Origin: Chthoniobacterales bacterium
GTDB taxonomy: Bacteria; Verrucomicrobiota; Verrucomicrobiia; Chthoniobacterales; UBA10450
Reading direction: 5' to 3'
NCBI GenBank assembly: GCA_036493915.1
Contig: DASXPA010000247.1
Location: 6,085 to 70,084 of the forward strand
Length of the DNA: 64,000 bases
This document shows, piece by piece, positions 31,537 through 39,992 of this stretch. Within the stretch, counting starts at the first letter, position 1, and each line of letters opens with the position of its first letter. The position numbers and the translations under genes were made by a program. Below the pieces are notes generated by a model. That model was not told the origin of the DNA. It searched no databases and saw only the letters and a list, made by a program, of their open reading frames with translations.

Positions 31537-34500
31537 GTGCAGAGTTCGTTAGGCGACGAACTGCTCGCGGCGGTTGCGCAAAGTGCGCCGATCACGGAGA
31601 AGCTTCGGAAACTGCGGGAGGGTCGCCGACCGGTCGCGTTCTCCCACGTGATCGAGCCCGCGCAGGCATTCCTCGTCGCGGCCATTGCGCGAGAGGTGCG
31701 ACAAACGCTCTGGGTCATCTGTTCCAGTGTTCGGCGGCAGGAGTTGCTCCACGAAAGCCTGATTAACTGGTTGCCGGGCGCGCTCTTTTTGCCGGAAGCA
31801 GAGTTTCTCGCCGTTGAAAACATTTTGCCCGATCAGGAGATCGCCGCCGAACGTCTCGCGCTCCTCAGCGAGCTCGAAAGAAAACAGCGTCAGGTTGTGG
31901 TCGCGACCCGTGCCGGGCTCGAACAGCCGGCTCCGGCCAGAGGCGCGTTGCGCGCGGCCGCTCTGCGCCTGCAGCGCGGCGCGGCGGCGAAGCTTGAGCA
32001 AGTTATTGATTCGTTAGGCAAAGCTGGCTACGACCGCGCCACGCAGGTCACGACGCGGGGGCAGTTCGCGGTTCGCGGCGGGATTCTCGACGTTTTTTCG
32101 TGGCAGGCGCAGCGACCGATTCGCGCGGAATTTTTCGGGGACCAGATCGAATCGCTGCGCGAGTTCGATCTCGATTCGCAAACCTCGGTCGGGAATTTGC
32201 ACCGGGTCGAGCTGTTGTTAGGCGCGGCCGACGATCAAAGCGGGACGGTGCGAGAGTACATCTCGCAGGACGATCTGCAGATCGCAATTGAACCCGATCC
32301 AGAAGACAAAGCCGACATCCTGGTCAGCGAAGGCGCAGCTGAGCAGATCGCTGGACCCGAGGATTTTTCCGGCGCGTTTGTCGATTGTGAGATCGGCGAA
32401 TTCGAGACCGGCGAGTTCATCATTGCGGAAGCGAAGCGCCGCCAGTTTTTCACCCGCCTAACGAACTGGCGCGAAAGCGGCAGCCGCATCGCGATCTATT
32501 TCCAGACCGAAGGCGAGATCGAACGCTTCCGCGAAATCCTCGCCGAGGCAGAGATTGGAATCACCGGGATTGAGCTAATCGAAGGCACGCTCGCGCGTGG
32601 GTTCTGTTTTTCTGCTGCCAATCTCGTTGTTCTCGCGGCTGCGGAAATCTTCGGACGGGCGCCGACGCATGGCCGGCGGCGTTTGCAACGCCGCGCCAAG
32701 TTCGGCAGCCAGCGCGCGCAGATCGATTTCAGCGATCTCCACGAAGGCGACCTCGTCGTCCATCTCGAGCATGGGATTGGCCGTTTTCTCGGCCTGCAGA
32801 AACTCGGTGGCGCCGAGGCTGGCGAAGTGCTCGCGATCGAGTTCGCCGAGGACGCCAAACTCTACGTCCCGCTCGAGCAGGCTTACCTCGTCTCGCGCTA
32901 TGTCGGCGTCGGAAAAAAGTCGCCGCCACTTAGTTCGCTAGCGGACGCAAAATGGTCCCGGGCGAAGAAAAACGCCGCCGCATCGATCTTTGATTACGCC
33001 GGCAAAATGCTCGCGGTTCAAGCCGAGCGCGAGACTCAGGTGGGTCACGCCTTCGGATCGGATACGAAATGGCAGCTCGAATTCGAACATTCGTTTCCCT
33101 TCCGAGAAACGCCCGATCAACTCAAGGCGATCGTCGAAACGAAACGTGACATGGAGGAGCCGCGCTCCATGGATCGATTGATTTGCGGCGATGTCGGCTA
33201 CGGCAAAACCGAAGTGGCGATCCGCGCCGCTTTCAAAGCCGTGATGGAAGGCAAGCAAGTTGCCGTCCTCACGCCGACGACCGTTCTTGCGCAACAGCAT
33301 TTCGAGACGTTCCGCCAGCGGATGCTCGATTATCCGGTCCGGATCGAAATGCTCAGCCGCTTCCGCTCACAGGCTGAGCAGCGCAACGTTTTGAAACTTC
33401 TCCGCGACGGCGGTGTCGACGTCGTTATCGGGACCCATCGGCTCATTTCCGGCGACGTCGTTTTCAAAGATCTCGGGCTCGTCGTGATCGACGAAGAGCA
33501 GCGCTTTGGCGTTCTGCACAAGGAGAAATTCAAGGAGCTCTTCAAGCTCGTTGACGTGCTCACGCTTTCCGCGACACCGATCCCGCGCACGCTTTACCTC
33601 TCGCTGGTCGGGGTGAAAGACATGTCGACGATCGAGACACCGCCGCTCAATCGCCTGCCGGTCGAGACCGTCGTCGCGGGCTACGATGAGCGCATCATTC
33701 GCGACGCGATCAACCGCGAGCTCGAGCGCCAGGGCCAGGTTTACTTTCTCCACAATCGCGTCATGTCGATCGAGAAAGTTCGTGATCGGATCGTCGAACT
33801 TTGTCCGGAAGCGCGGGTCGAGTTTGGTCACGGCCAAATGAGTGCGGACCAACTTGAAGCGGTCATGCAACGATTCGTCGCCGGCAAAATCGACGTCCTC
33901 GTCTGCACCACAATCATCGAGAGCGGGCTCGATATTCCGAACGCCAACACCATCGTTATCGATCGGGCGGATCGCTTTGGGCTCGCGGATCTTTATCAGC
34001 TCCGCGGCCGTGTCGGGCGCGCGGAGCATAAGGCTTATGCCTATCTTCTTCTCCCGCGCGAGATGATGACGGTCGGCGCGGCGCGCAAACGGATCAACGC
34101 GATCAAGCAATACAGTTCGTTAGGCGCGGGCTTTCGCATCGCGATGCGCGATCTGGAAATTCGCGGCGCGGGGAGCATTCTCGGCACTGCGCAGAGCGGG
34201 CACATCATCGCAGTCGGGTTCGATCTTTACTGCCAGCTTCTCAAGCAAGCGGTTGCGCAACTCAAAGGCGAAAAGCTTCGGCCGCGGCTCGAAGTGGAAA
34301 CGCGCCTCGATTTTCTCGCGACGACGGAGGGCGAATACCTCGCCGCCGGATCGGAGACGCGCGTCCCAGCATTTCTCCCGACCAGCTACATCGGCGACTC
34401 TGCATTGCGCATTCAGGCGTATCGGCAGCTCGCCGAAGTCTCGACCCAGGAACAACTCCATCGCCTCCGGCGCGATTGGCGCGATCGCTTCGGACCGCCG

Positions 34501-34710
34501 CCGTCGACGGTTGACAATTTGCTCCTTCTCAGCGAAATCAAACTCTCCGCCGCAAGGGCCCGCGTCAGCCGGGTCGAAGTGCGCGACAGCAAGTTGATGC
34601 TGAGTCGGCGTGGCGACTTTATCCTTGTGGGGGGCAAATTTCCCCGTTTAACTTCCGCTACAATCGAACAGAACCTTTCCGAGATATGGCAGCTGCTAAA
34701 ACAACTCTGA
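31537..34710 (+). CDS. mfd: transcription-repair coupling factor Mfd
   Basis: UvrB-homology, RID, DEAD/DEAH helicase motifs (GDVGYGKTEVA, DEEQRFG, SATPIPRT) and TRG motif. GTG at 31537 is chosen because the ORF-track start at 31420 overlaps the DAHP synthase gene by 113 nt. Confidence 0.9.
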   Translation: MQSSLGDELLAAVAQSAPITEKLRKLREGRRPVAFSHVIEPAQAFLVAAIAREVRQTLWVICSSVRRQELLHESLINWLPGALFLPEAEFLAVENILPDQEIAAERLALLSELERKQRQVVVATRAGLEQPAPARGALRAAALRLQRGAAAKLEQVIDSLGKAGYDRATQVTTRGQFAVRGGILDVFSWQAQRPIRAEFFGDQIESLREFDLDSQTSVGNLHRVELLLGAADDQSGTVREYISQDDLQIAIEPDPEDKADILVSEGAAEQIAGPEDFSGAFVDCEIGEFETGEFIIAEAKRRQFFTRLTNWRESGSRIAIYFQTEGEIERFREILAEAEIGITGIELIEGTLARGFCFSAANLVVLAAAEIFGRAPTHGRRRLQRRAKFGSQRAQIDFSDLHEGDLVVHLEHGIGRFLGLQKLGGAEAGEVLAIEFAEDAKLYVPLEQAYLVSRYVGVGKKSPPLSSLADAKWSRAKKNAAASIFDYAGKMLAVQAERETQVGHAFGSDTKWQLEFEHSFPFRETPDQLKAIVETKRDMEEPRSMDRLICGDVGYGKTEVAIRAAFKAVMEGKQVAVLTPTTVLAQQHFETFRQRMLDYPVRIEMLSRFRSQAEQRNVLKLLRDGGVDVVIGTHRLISGDVVFKDLGLVVIDEEQRFGVLHKEKFKELFKLVDVLTLSATPIPRTLYLSLVGVKDMSTIETPPLNRLPVETVVAGYDERIIRDAINRELERQGQVYFLHNRVMSIEKVRDRIVELCPEARVEFGHGQMSADQLEAVMQRFVAGKIDVLVCTTIIESGLDIPNANTIVIDRADRFGLADLYQLRGRVGRAEHKAYAYLLLPREMMTVGAARKRINAIKQYSSLGAGFRIAMRDLEIRGAGSILGTAQSGHIIAVGFDLYCQLLKQAVAQLKGEKLRPRLEVETRLDFLATTEGEYLAAGSETRVPAFLPTSYIGDSALRIQAYRQLAEVSTQEQLHRLRRDWRDRFGPPPSTVDNLLLLSEIKLSAARARVSRVEVRDSKLMLSRRGDFILVGGKFPRLTSATIEQNLSEIWQLLKQL

Positions 34711-35690
34711 GCCTCTTCTGGCGTCATCCAGCGACGGCACTCATCGCCGTTTCCTGCCTCAGTGTCGCCGCAACCGCTTCGCCGACCCACGGTGCTGAGT
34801 CCGTCAACGGCATCGCCGCCGTGGTCAATGACGAGGTCATCACCTACTCCGAAGTGCGCGAGCTGGCGGAACCGCGCGAGCGTCTTCTCCGCGCCCAATA
34901 TTCCGGCGAGGAGCTGAACAAAAAGATCATCGAGCTGCGCAAATCCACTCTCCAGGACCTGATCGACCGCGATCTCATCGTCCAGGCTTTTCAGAAGGAA
35001 AAACTGCAATTCCCCGACTATCTCATCGACGCCCGGGTCGAGCAGGTGATCAAGGATTCCTTCGGCGGCGATCGCAACGCCTTCATTAAGACGATGGAAT
35101 CGCAGCATTTTTCGATGTCGAAATTCCGTGAGATGGAACGCAAGAAAATCATGGTCATCGCGATGCGCCAGCGCGCGGTGAAATCGAAGCTCATCGTTCC
35201 GCCCGCGAAGGTGGAGGAATATTACCGGCAACATCGCGACCAATACTCGACCTCGGCGAAAGTGAAGTTGCGGATGATTATGATCCCGGGGAAACCCGGC
35301 GGAGGTGACAACGACCCGCAAAAGACGATGGCCGAAGAGATCCGCGGCAAGCTCATCACCGGCGCGGATTTTGATAAAATGGCGCAGATGTATTCCGAGG
35401 ACAGCACGCGCGATCTCGGTGGCGACTGGGGGTGGGTCGATGAGAAAACGCTTTCGAAACCGCTCTCCGAAGTTGCGTTCAAACTCAAACCGGGCGCGAT
35501 CAGCAATGTCGTCAAGGTGCAGGATAGCTATTACATTTTGAAAGTGGAAGCGCGCGAGGGCGGCGACGTCAAGCCGCTCAAAGATGTCCGGAGCGACATC
35601 GAGGAACGCCTGCGCCAGGACCAAGCGCAGGAATTGCAGGAGCATTGGCTCGCCAGCCTGCGCGCGAAAGCCTACATCAAGACTTTCTGA
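34686..35690 (+). CDS. SurA-like periplasmic chaperone / PpiC-type peptidyl-prolyl isomerase
   Basis: 334 aa. Signal peptide, SurA-N-like region, one parvulin domain (FDKMAQMYSEDSTRDLGGDWGWV...GAISNVVKVQDSYYILKV). Followed by pdxA, as in the E. coli surA-pdxA arrangement. Confidence 0.8.
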   Translation: MAAAKTTLSLFWRHPATALIAVSCLSVAATASPTHGAESVNGIAAVVNDEVITYSEVRELAEPRERLLRAQYSGEELNKKIIELRKSTLQDLIDRDLIVQAFQKEKLQFPDYLIDARVEQVIKDSFGGDRNAFIKTMESQHFSMSKFREMERKKIMVIAMRQRAVKSKLIVPPAKVEEYYRQHRDQYSTSAKVKLRMIMIPGKPGGGDNDPQKTMAEEIRGKLITGADFDKMAQMYSEDSTRDLGGDWGWVDEKTLSKPLSEVAFKLKPGAISNVVKVQDSYYILKVEAREGGDVKPLKDVRSDIEERLRQDQAQELQEHWLASLRAKAYIKTF

Positions 35691-35805
35691 CTCCCTCGCA
35701 GCTCCTCATCGCGCTCGTGCTCGTTGTCGCTTCCTGATTTTCCGTTATCGGACACGAGTGTGAGTTAGAGTTGCCAATCCCGTCCCCGGCTGTTGCAGTT
35801 GTGCG

Positions 35806-36753
35806 ATGACGCAACCGCGTATCGGCATCACCTCCGGCGATCCTGCGGGCATCGGGCCGGAGATCATTCGCGCGGCACTCGCCTCAGGCCGATTGCCGGG
35901 GAACGCCGACTACGAAGTGATCGGAAGGCTCGATGGCTTTTCGTTAGGCAAACCCACTCCGGCGACCGCACAGGTCGCGCGCGATGCACTCGAAAACGCC
36001 GTCCGCCGCGCGCTTGCCGGCGAGCTTGATGCCGTCGTCACCGGACCGATTCATAAAGCTCGGATGTACGAAATCGGCTTTGAGTTTCCGGGACAAACGG
36101 AGTTGTTCGCTACGCGCTGTCGGGTGGAAGATTTCGCCATGCTCCTGACCGGCGGCGGCCTGACCGTCGCGCTCGTGACGACGCATATCCCACTCCGCGA
36201 TGTGGCCGCAAAACTGAGTGCGGACGAGATTGTAAAAGTTGGCAAGTTGCTCGCCGGCTTCGTCGTCAGGCGCGGCGGCCATCGCATCGCCGTCGCCGGC
36301 CTCAACCCTCACGCTGGAGAATCCGGCGCGCTCGGCCGCGAGGAGATCGAAATCATCGCGCCCGCGATCGCGCAACTGAATTACTCGCATGTCGCGCTGG
36401 AACGAAGTGAAGGCGGGTCGCTCCAATTCTCCGGCCCTTTCTCCCCCGACACCGTCTTCCACCGCACCGTCGCGGGCGAATTCGACGCGGTCCTCTGCAT
36501 GTATCACGACCAAGCTTTAATTCCGCTCAAGCTGCACGCCTTTGACGAAGGCGTGAACATCACCCTCGGTCTTCCCTTCCCGCGCACTAGTCCCGATCAC
36601 GGCACCGCTTTCGAGATCGCCGGCAAAGGTCTCGCCCGCCCCGATAGCATGATCGCTGCGATCCGCCTCGCCGCTGACTTGGCGAGGAAGAATATCTCTG
36701 AGGAAGGCAGGAAAGCAGGAAAAGGGAAGGACCGACAAAGAACATCTTTCTGA
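35806..36753 (+). CDS. pdxA: 4-hydroxythreonine-4-phosphate dehydrogenase PdxA (last ~20 codons read into a repeat element)
   Basis: 315 aa. IGITSGDPAGIGPEI, GLNPHAGE, MYHDQALIPLK, TSPDHGTAFEIAG motifs. The tail NISEEGRKAGKGKDRQRTSF is encoded by the left arm of the element at 36694-36785. Confidence 0.9.
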   Translation: MTQPRIGITSGDPAGIGPEIIRAALASGRLPGNADYEVIGRLDGFSLGKPTPATAQVARDALENAVRRALAGELDAVVTGPIHKARMYEIGFEFPGQTELFATRCRVEDFAMLLTGGGLTVALVTTHIPLRDVAAKLSADEIVKVGKLLAGFVVRRGGHRIAVAGLNPHAGESGALGREEIEIIAPAIAQLNYSHVALERSEGGSLQFSGPFSPDTVFHRTVAGEFDAVLCMYHDQALIPLKLHAFDEGVNITLGLPFPRTSPDHGTAFEIAGKGLARPDSMIAAIRLAADLARKNISEEGRKAGKGKDRQRTSF

Positions 36754-36785
36754 AAAATTCCTGCGTTCCTGCTTTCCTCAGAGAT
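36694..36785. repeat. palindromic element, family 4 (ATCTCTGAGGAAGGCAGGAAAGCAGGAA ... TTCCTGCGTTCCTGCTTTCCTCAGAGAT)
   Basis: 28 bp inverted repeats with 2 mismatches and a 36 nt spacer. Overlaps the 3' end and stop of pdxA. The 15-mer TTCCTGCGTTCCTGC recurs at 43335-43349. Confidence 0.8.
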
Positions 36786-36793
36786 TACCTCCT

Positions 36794-37600
36794 ATGCTCC
36801 CGCGAAAATACCTCACCGTCTTCAACCTCGGGATCCAGAACACCTTCGTCTACCGCTGGAATTATCTCCTGCGCGCGGTCTTCGGCATCATCCCACTGGT
36901 CGGCACGATCTTTCTCTGGCGCGCCGTCTTTCACGAACATGGCGGCGGCCTCCGCGGCTACGACTACGGGTCAATGATCTATTATTATCTGCTCACGATT
37001 TTGGTGAGTAATCTCGTCACCCCAACCGAGGACGAATGGCAGATCGCTGCCGACATTCGCGAAGGCCAGATCAATTCCTTTCTCACCAAGCCGATGAGCT
37101 ACCTCGGCTATCGCGCCAGCATCTTCCTTAGCGGCCGGCTCGTTTACACCGCTGTCACCATTCTTCCAATCGCGGCGATCTTCTTTTATTTCCGGCACTT
37201 CATCGTCTTGCCTCACGATCCCATCACCTGGGTCTGCGCCCTCGCCGCGCTCATCATGTCGGCCTTCATCCAGTTTTTCCTCACCTACTCGCTCTCCATG
37301 TTTGCCTTTTGGATTCTGGAAATCTCGACCATCGTTTTCATCGTTTACAGTTTCGAATACTTCCTTGGGGGCCAGATGTTTCCACTCGACATCATGCCGC
37401 CGGCGATCCAGGCGGTGATGAAATGGCTGCCGTTTTATTACGAGCTCTTCTGTCCCATCGCGATCTTCCAAGGCCGACTGCACGGCGCGGAGATGTGGAG
37501 CGCGCTCGCCATCCAATGTGGCTGGCTCTTTGCGATGTGGGCTGCCGCCAATTTCATGTGGCGCCGCGGCCTCGGCCATTACCAAGCCGTCGGTGGCTAG
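36794..37600 (+). CDS. ABC-2-type transporter permease (DUF990/ABC2_membrane_6-like)
   Basis: 268 aa with six predicted TM helices and an N-terminal LGIQNTFVYRWNYLLR pattern. No adjacent ATPase gene seen. Confidence 0.55.
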   Translation: MLPRKYLTVFNLGIQNTFVYRWNYLLRAVFGIIPLVGTIFLWRAVFHEHGGGLRGYDYGSMIYYYLLTILVSNLVTPTEDEWQIAADIREGQINSFLTKPMSYLGYRASIFLSGRLVYTAVTILPIAAIFFYFRHFIVLPHDPITWVCALAALIMSAFIQFFLTYSLSMFAFWILEISTIVFIVYSFEYFLGGQMFPLDIMPPAIQAVMKWLPFYYELFCPIAIFQGRLHGAEMWSALAIQCGWLFAMWAAANFMWRRGLGHYQAVGG

Positions 37601-37899
37601 TCAACACGCCACCAGTTTTCCACCGTGACCGCGGCGATGCCGATGGACCTCCGACTTACGGGCTGCTGACCATCAGCGCCGGTCGAGACTCCGGCAGCGT
37701 CTCAGGACGACCGCCCTCTGGCAGTAGTGTTACGACACCAGCGATAAAGCGAAGAGACGGGTGGCGAAGTGCGCCGACCGCTCGGCGACCTGGTGGTTCA
37801 GTTGCATGAGGGATTCTTCCGAAACGCCATGACCAGCGTTTCTCGCGCGCGGACGATTTTTCGTTGCGCTGATGCGGCTGGCTTTCCAGATTCGCCGAC

Positions 37900-38781
37900 G
37901 TGGACTTACCAGGCTATCTCCAAGCGCGCCAACAGGAGGTCGACCGCGCGCTCGATCGTTTCCTTCCCAAAGCGTCCGCCAAACCCGCCACGATTCACAA
38001 AGCGATGCGCTACTCGCTTTTCGCCGGCGGCAAACGACTCCGCCCGATCCTTTGTCTCGCGGCCGCGAAAGCGTGCGGTGGCCTAACGAAAAGCGCGCTG
38101 CCTCTCGCCTGCACGATGGAGTGCATTCACACCTACTCGCTCATCCATGACGATCTCCCGAGCATGGATAACGACGATTTCCGCCGCGGCCGTGCAACTT
38201 GTCATAAGGTCTTCGGCGACGGCATCGCCGTGCTCGCAGGCGACGCGCTGTTAACCGTCGCTTTTGAGATTGCGGCCCAAGCTGAGACCTGGCCGCGCTA
38301 CGATCTGCGCGAAATCATGCTGGAGATTTCGATCGCCGCGGGGAGCCGCAAACTGATCGCGGGGCAAGTTGCCGATCTGGAAGGCGAAGGGAAACCGCAT
38401 ACCCGCGCGCAGCTTCGTTATATCCACGAAAATAAAACCGCGGCATTGCTCACCGCTTCCGTGAAGCTTGGCGCGATGAGCGCAAACGCGACGCCGACGC
38501 AGTTGAGTGCGATCAGCGATTTTGGGCGCGCGCTCGGGCTCGCTTTTCAGGTGATCGACGACATCCTCGATGTCACCCAGACGAGCGAGAAGCTCGGGAA
38601 GAGCGCGGGCAAAGATGCGGCGGCGCAGAAAGCAACTTACCCAGCTGTGATTGGCTTGGAAAAGTCGCGCGCCGAAGCTGCTCGCCTGACGAAAAGCGCG
38701 CATGAGTCCCTGAAGCCGTTAGGCAAGAGAGCGGAGATGCTGCACGCGCTCGCGAACCACCTCCTCGCGCGCGAATACTGA
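37900..38781 (+). CDS. ispA: polyprenyl diphosphate synthase (farnesyl/geranylgeranyl diphosphate synthase)
   Basis: 293 aa. First and second Asp-rich motifs (LIHDDLPSMDNDDFRRG; FQVIDDILD). GTG start. Confidence 0.85.
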   Translation: MDLPGYLQARQQEVDRALDRFLPKASAKPATIHKAMRYSLFAGGKRLRPILCLAAAKACGGLTKSALPLACTMECIHTYSLIHDDLPSMDNDDFRRGRATCHKVFGDGIAVLAGDALLTVAFEIAAQAETWPRYDLREIMLEISIAAGSRKLIAGQVADLEGEGKPHTRAQLRYIHENKTAALLTASVKLGAMSANATPTQLSAISDFGRALGLAFQVIDDILDVTQTSEKLGKSAGKDAAAQKATYPAVIGLEKSRAEAARLTKSAHESLKPLGKRAEMLHALANHLLAREY

Positions 38782-38814
38782 TTTGCCTCGCGCAAACCGA
38801 TCTTCTCCGGGAAG

Positions 38815-38940
38815 GACGGGTTGTGAACCCGTCGCGCGCGGGTGAGTCTCACCCGCGGCCCTTGGCGCAGGGCGCAACCGAAACGCCAACTTTATCGTTT
38901 CGCACCACGCCGGGAATGTTCGGCGGAGACTCCGCCGAAC
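38815..38940. terminator. cluster of three GC-rich hairpins in a convergent intergenic spacer (possible bidirectional terminator or REP-like element)
   Basis: Hairpins GACGGGTT-GTG-AACCCGTC (38815-38833), GCGGGTG-AGTCT-CACCCGC (38838-38856) and GTTCGGCGGA-GAC-TCCGCCGAAC (38918-38940). No U-tracts. Confidence 0.35.
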
Positions 38941-38946
38941 GACGGG

Positions 38947-39975
38947 TTAACAACCCCTCCTCCCCGGAGAAGAAAGAGCCTGGGCGAGCGCGAGGTTAGG
39001 ATCGATCTCGGTCGTTAGGGGCGTGATCTCACCTTGCTCGAGTCGGAGCTGGGCGGCGAAGGCGATCATGGCCGCATTATCGGTGCAAAGTTCCGGCGCG
39101 GCGAAGCGCAATTCCAATCCCGCGCGCTCGCAGCCTAACGACATCTGCGCGCGCAACTCCTGGTTGCAACTGACACCGCCACTCACGGTGACGAGTGAGC
39201 GGCCGGCTGCTTTCGCGGCGGCGACGGTCTTCGCCACGAGCACTTCCACGACCGCGCGCTGGAACGAGGCGCAAATATCCGCCAACGCCTCGCCTTCGAT
39301 CTTCGGCAACAAATAGCGCACCGCGGTTTTCAACCCGCTGAAGCTAAAATTGGCGTCGCCCGAGTTGAGCATGCTGCGCGGCAAATCGAACCGCGCCGGA
39401 TCGCCGCTGCGCGCGTTGCGCTCGATTTCGGGGCCGCCCGGATATGCGAGCCCAAGCATCTTCGCGACTTTGTCGAACGCTTCACCGGCCGCGTCGTCGA
39501 GCGTGCGTCCGATGATCTTGTAATCGCCGACTCCGCTTACTTCGACGAGCAGAGTGTGACCGCCGCTCACGATCAGGGAAACGTTCGGCTTGATAAAGTT
39601 GTCATCCCCGAAAAAAGGCGAGAGGAGATGGCCCTCGAGATGGTTGATCGCGAGATACGGCTTGCCAAAACCGAGCGCGAGACCTTTGGCGAGCGAGGCG
39701 CCGATCATCAACGAACTGGCTAGACCGGGACCGCTCGTGGCGGCGAAGGCGTCGACTTCGCCGAACGAAATTCCGGCGGCGGCGACCGCCCGTTCGAGAA
39801 GTCGCGGTGCGTGCAGGAGATGATTGCGTGAGGCAATTTCCGGGACGACGCCGCCATACTTTTGGTGCTCGGCAATCTGTGACGCGATCTCGCTCGCGAG
39901 CAGTTCGCGGTCGCGCAAAATCGCGACGGCAGTTTCGTCGCAGGAAGTTTCGAGCGCGAGGATCAGAGGAACCAT
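38947..39975 (-). CDS. tsaD: tRNA N6-adenosine threonylcarbamoyltransferase TsaD
   Basis: 342 aa. ILALETSCDETAVAI, GGVVPEIASRNH, HLEGHL, VSGGVSCN, CTDNAAMIA motifs. Confidence 0.95.
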   Translation of the reverse strand: MVPLILALETSCDETAVAILRDRELLASEIASQIAEHQKYGGVVPEIASRNHLLHAPRLLERAVAAAGISFGEVDAFAATSGPGLASSLMIGASLAKGLALGFGKPYLAINHLEGHLLSPFFGDDNFIKPNVSLIVSGGHTLLVEVSGVGDYKIIGRTLDDAAGEAFDKVAKMLGLAYPGGPEIERNARSGDPARFDLPRSMLNSGDANFSFSGLKTAVRYLLPKIEGEALADICASFQRAVVEVLVAKTVAAAKAAGRSLVTVSGGVSCNQELRAQMSLGCERAGLELRFAAPELCTDNAAMIAFAAQLRLEQGEITPLTTEIDPNLALAQALSSPGRRGC

Positions 39976-39992
39976 TCTTCGCTGCGTTCGTG

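Noticed and set aside
34413-35645. 410 aa minus-strand ORF opposite the mfd 3' end and the surA-like gene. Similar long shadow ORFs lie at 30498..31823 (441 aa), 54466..55758 (430 aa), 41453..42514 (353 aa), 15641..16540, 19180..20064, 7512..8312, 33367..34110, 29760..30494 and 48173..48895.
   Set aside because: Each lies antisense to a gene with clear family motifs. Their translations are Arg/Ala/Gly/Asp-rich with no recognisable domains. Long stop-free antisense frames are expected in GC-rich coding DNA.
37601-37899. Looked for xseB (exonuclease VII small subunit), which often precedes ispA, in the 300 bp spacer.
   Set aside because: No frame on either strand gives more than about 25 uninterrupted codons with XseB-like helical sequence. 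The spacer is left unannotated.
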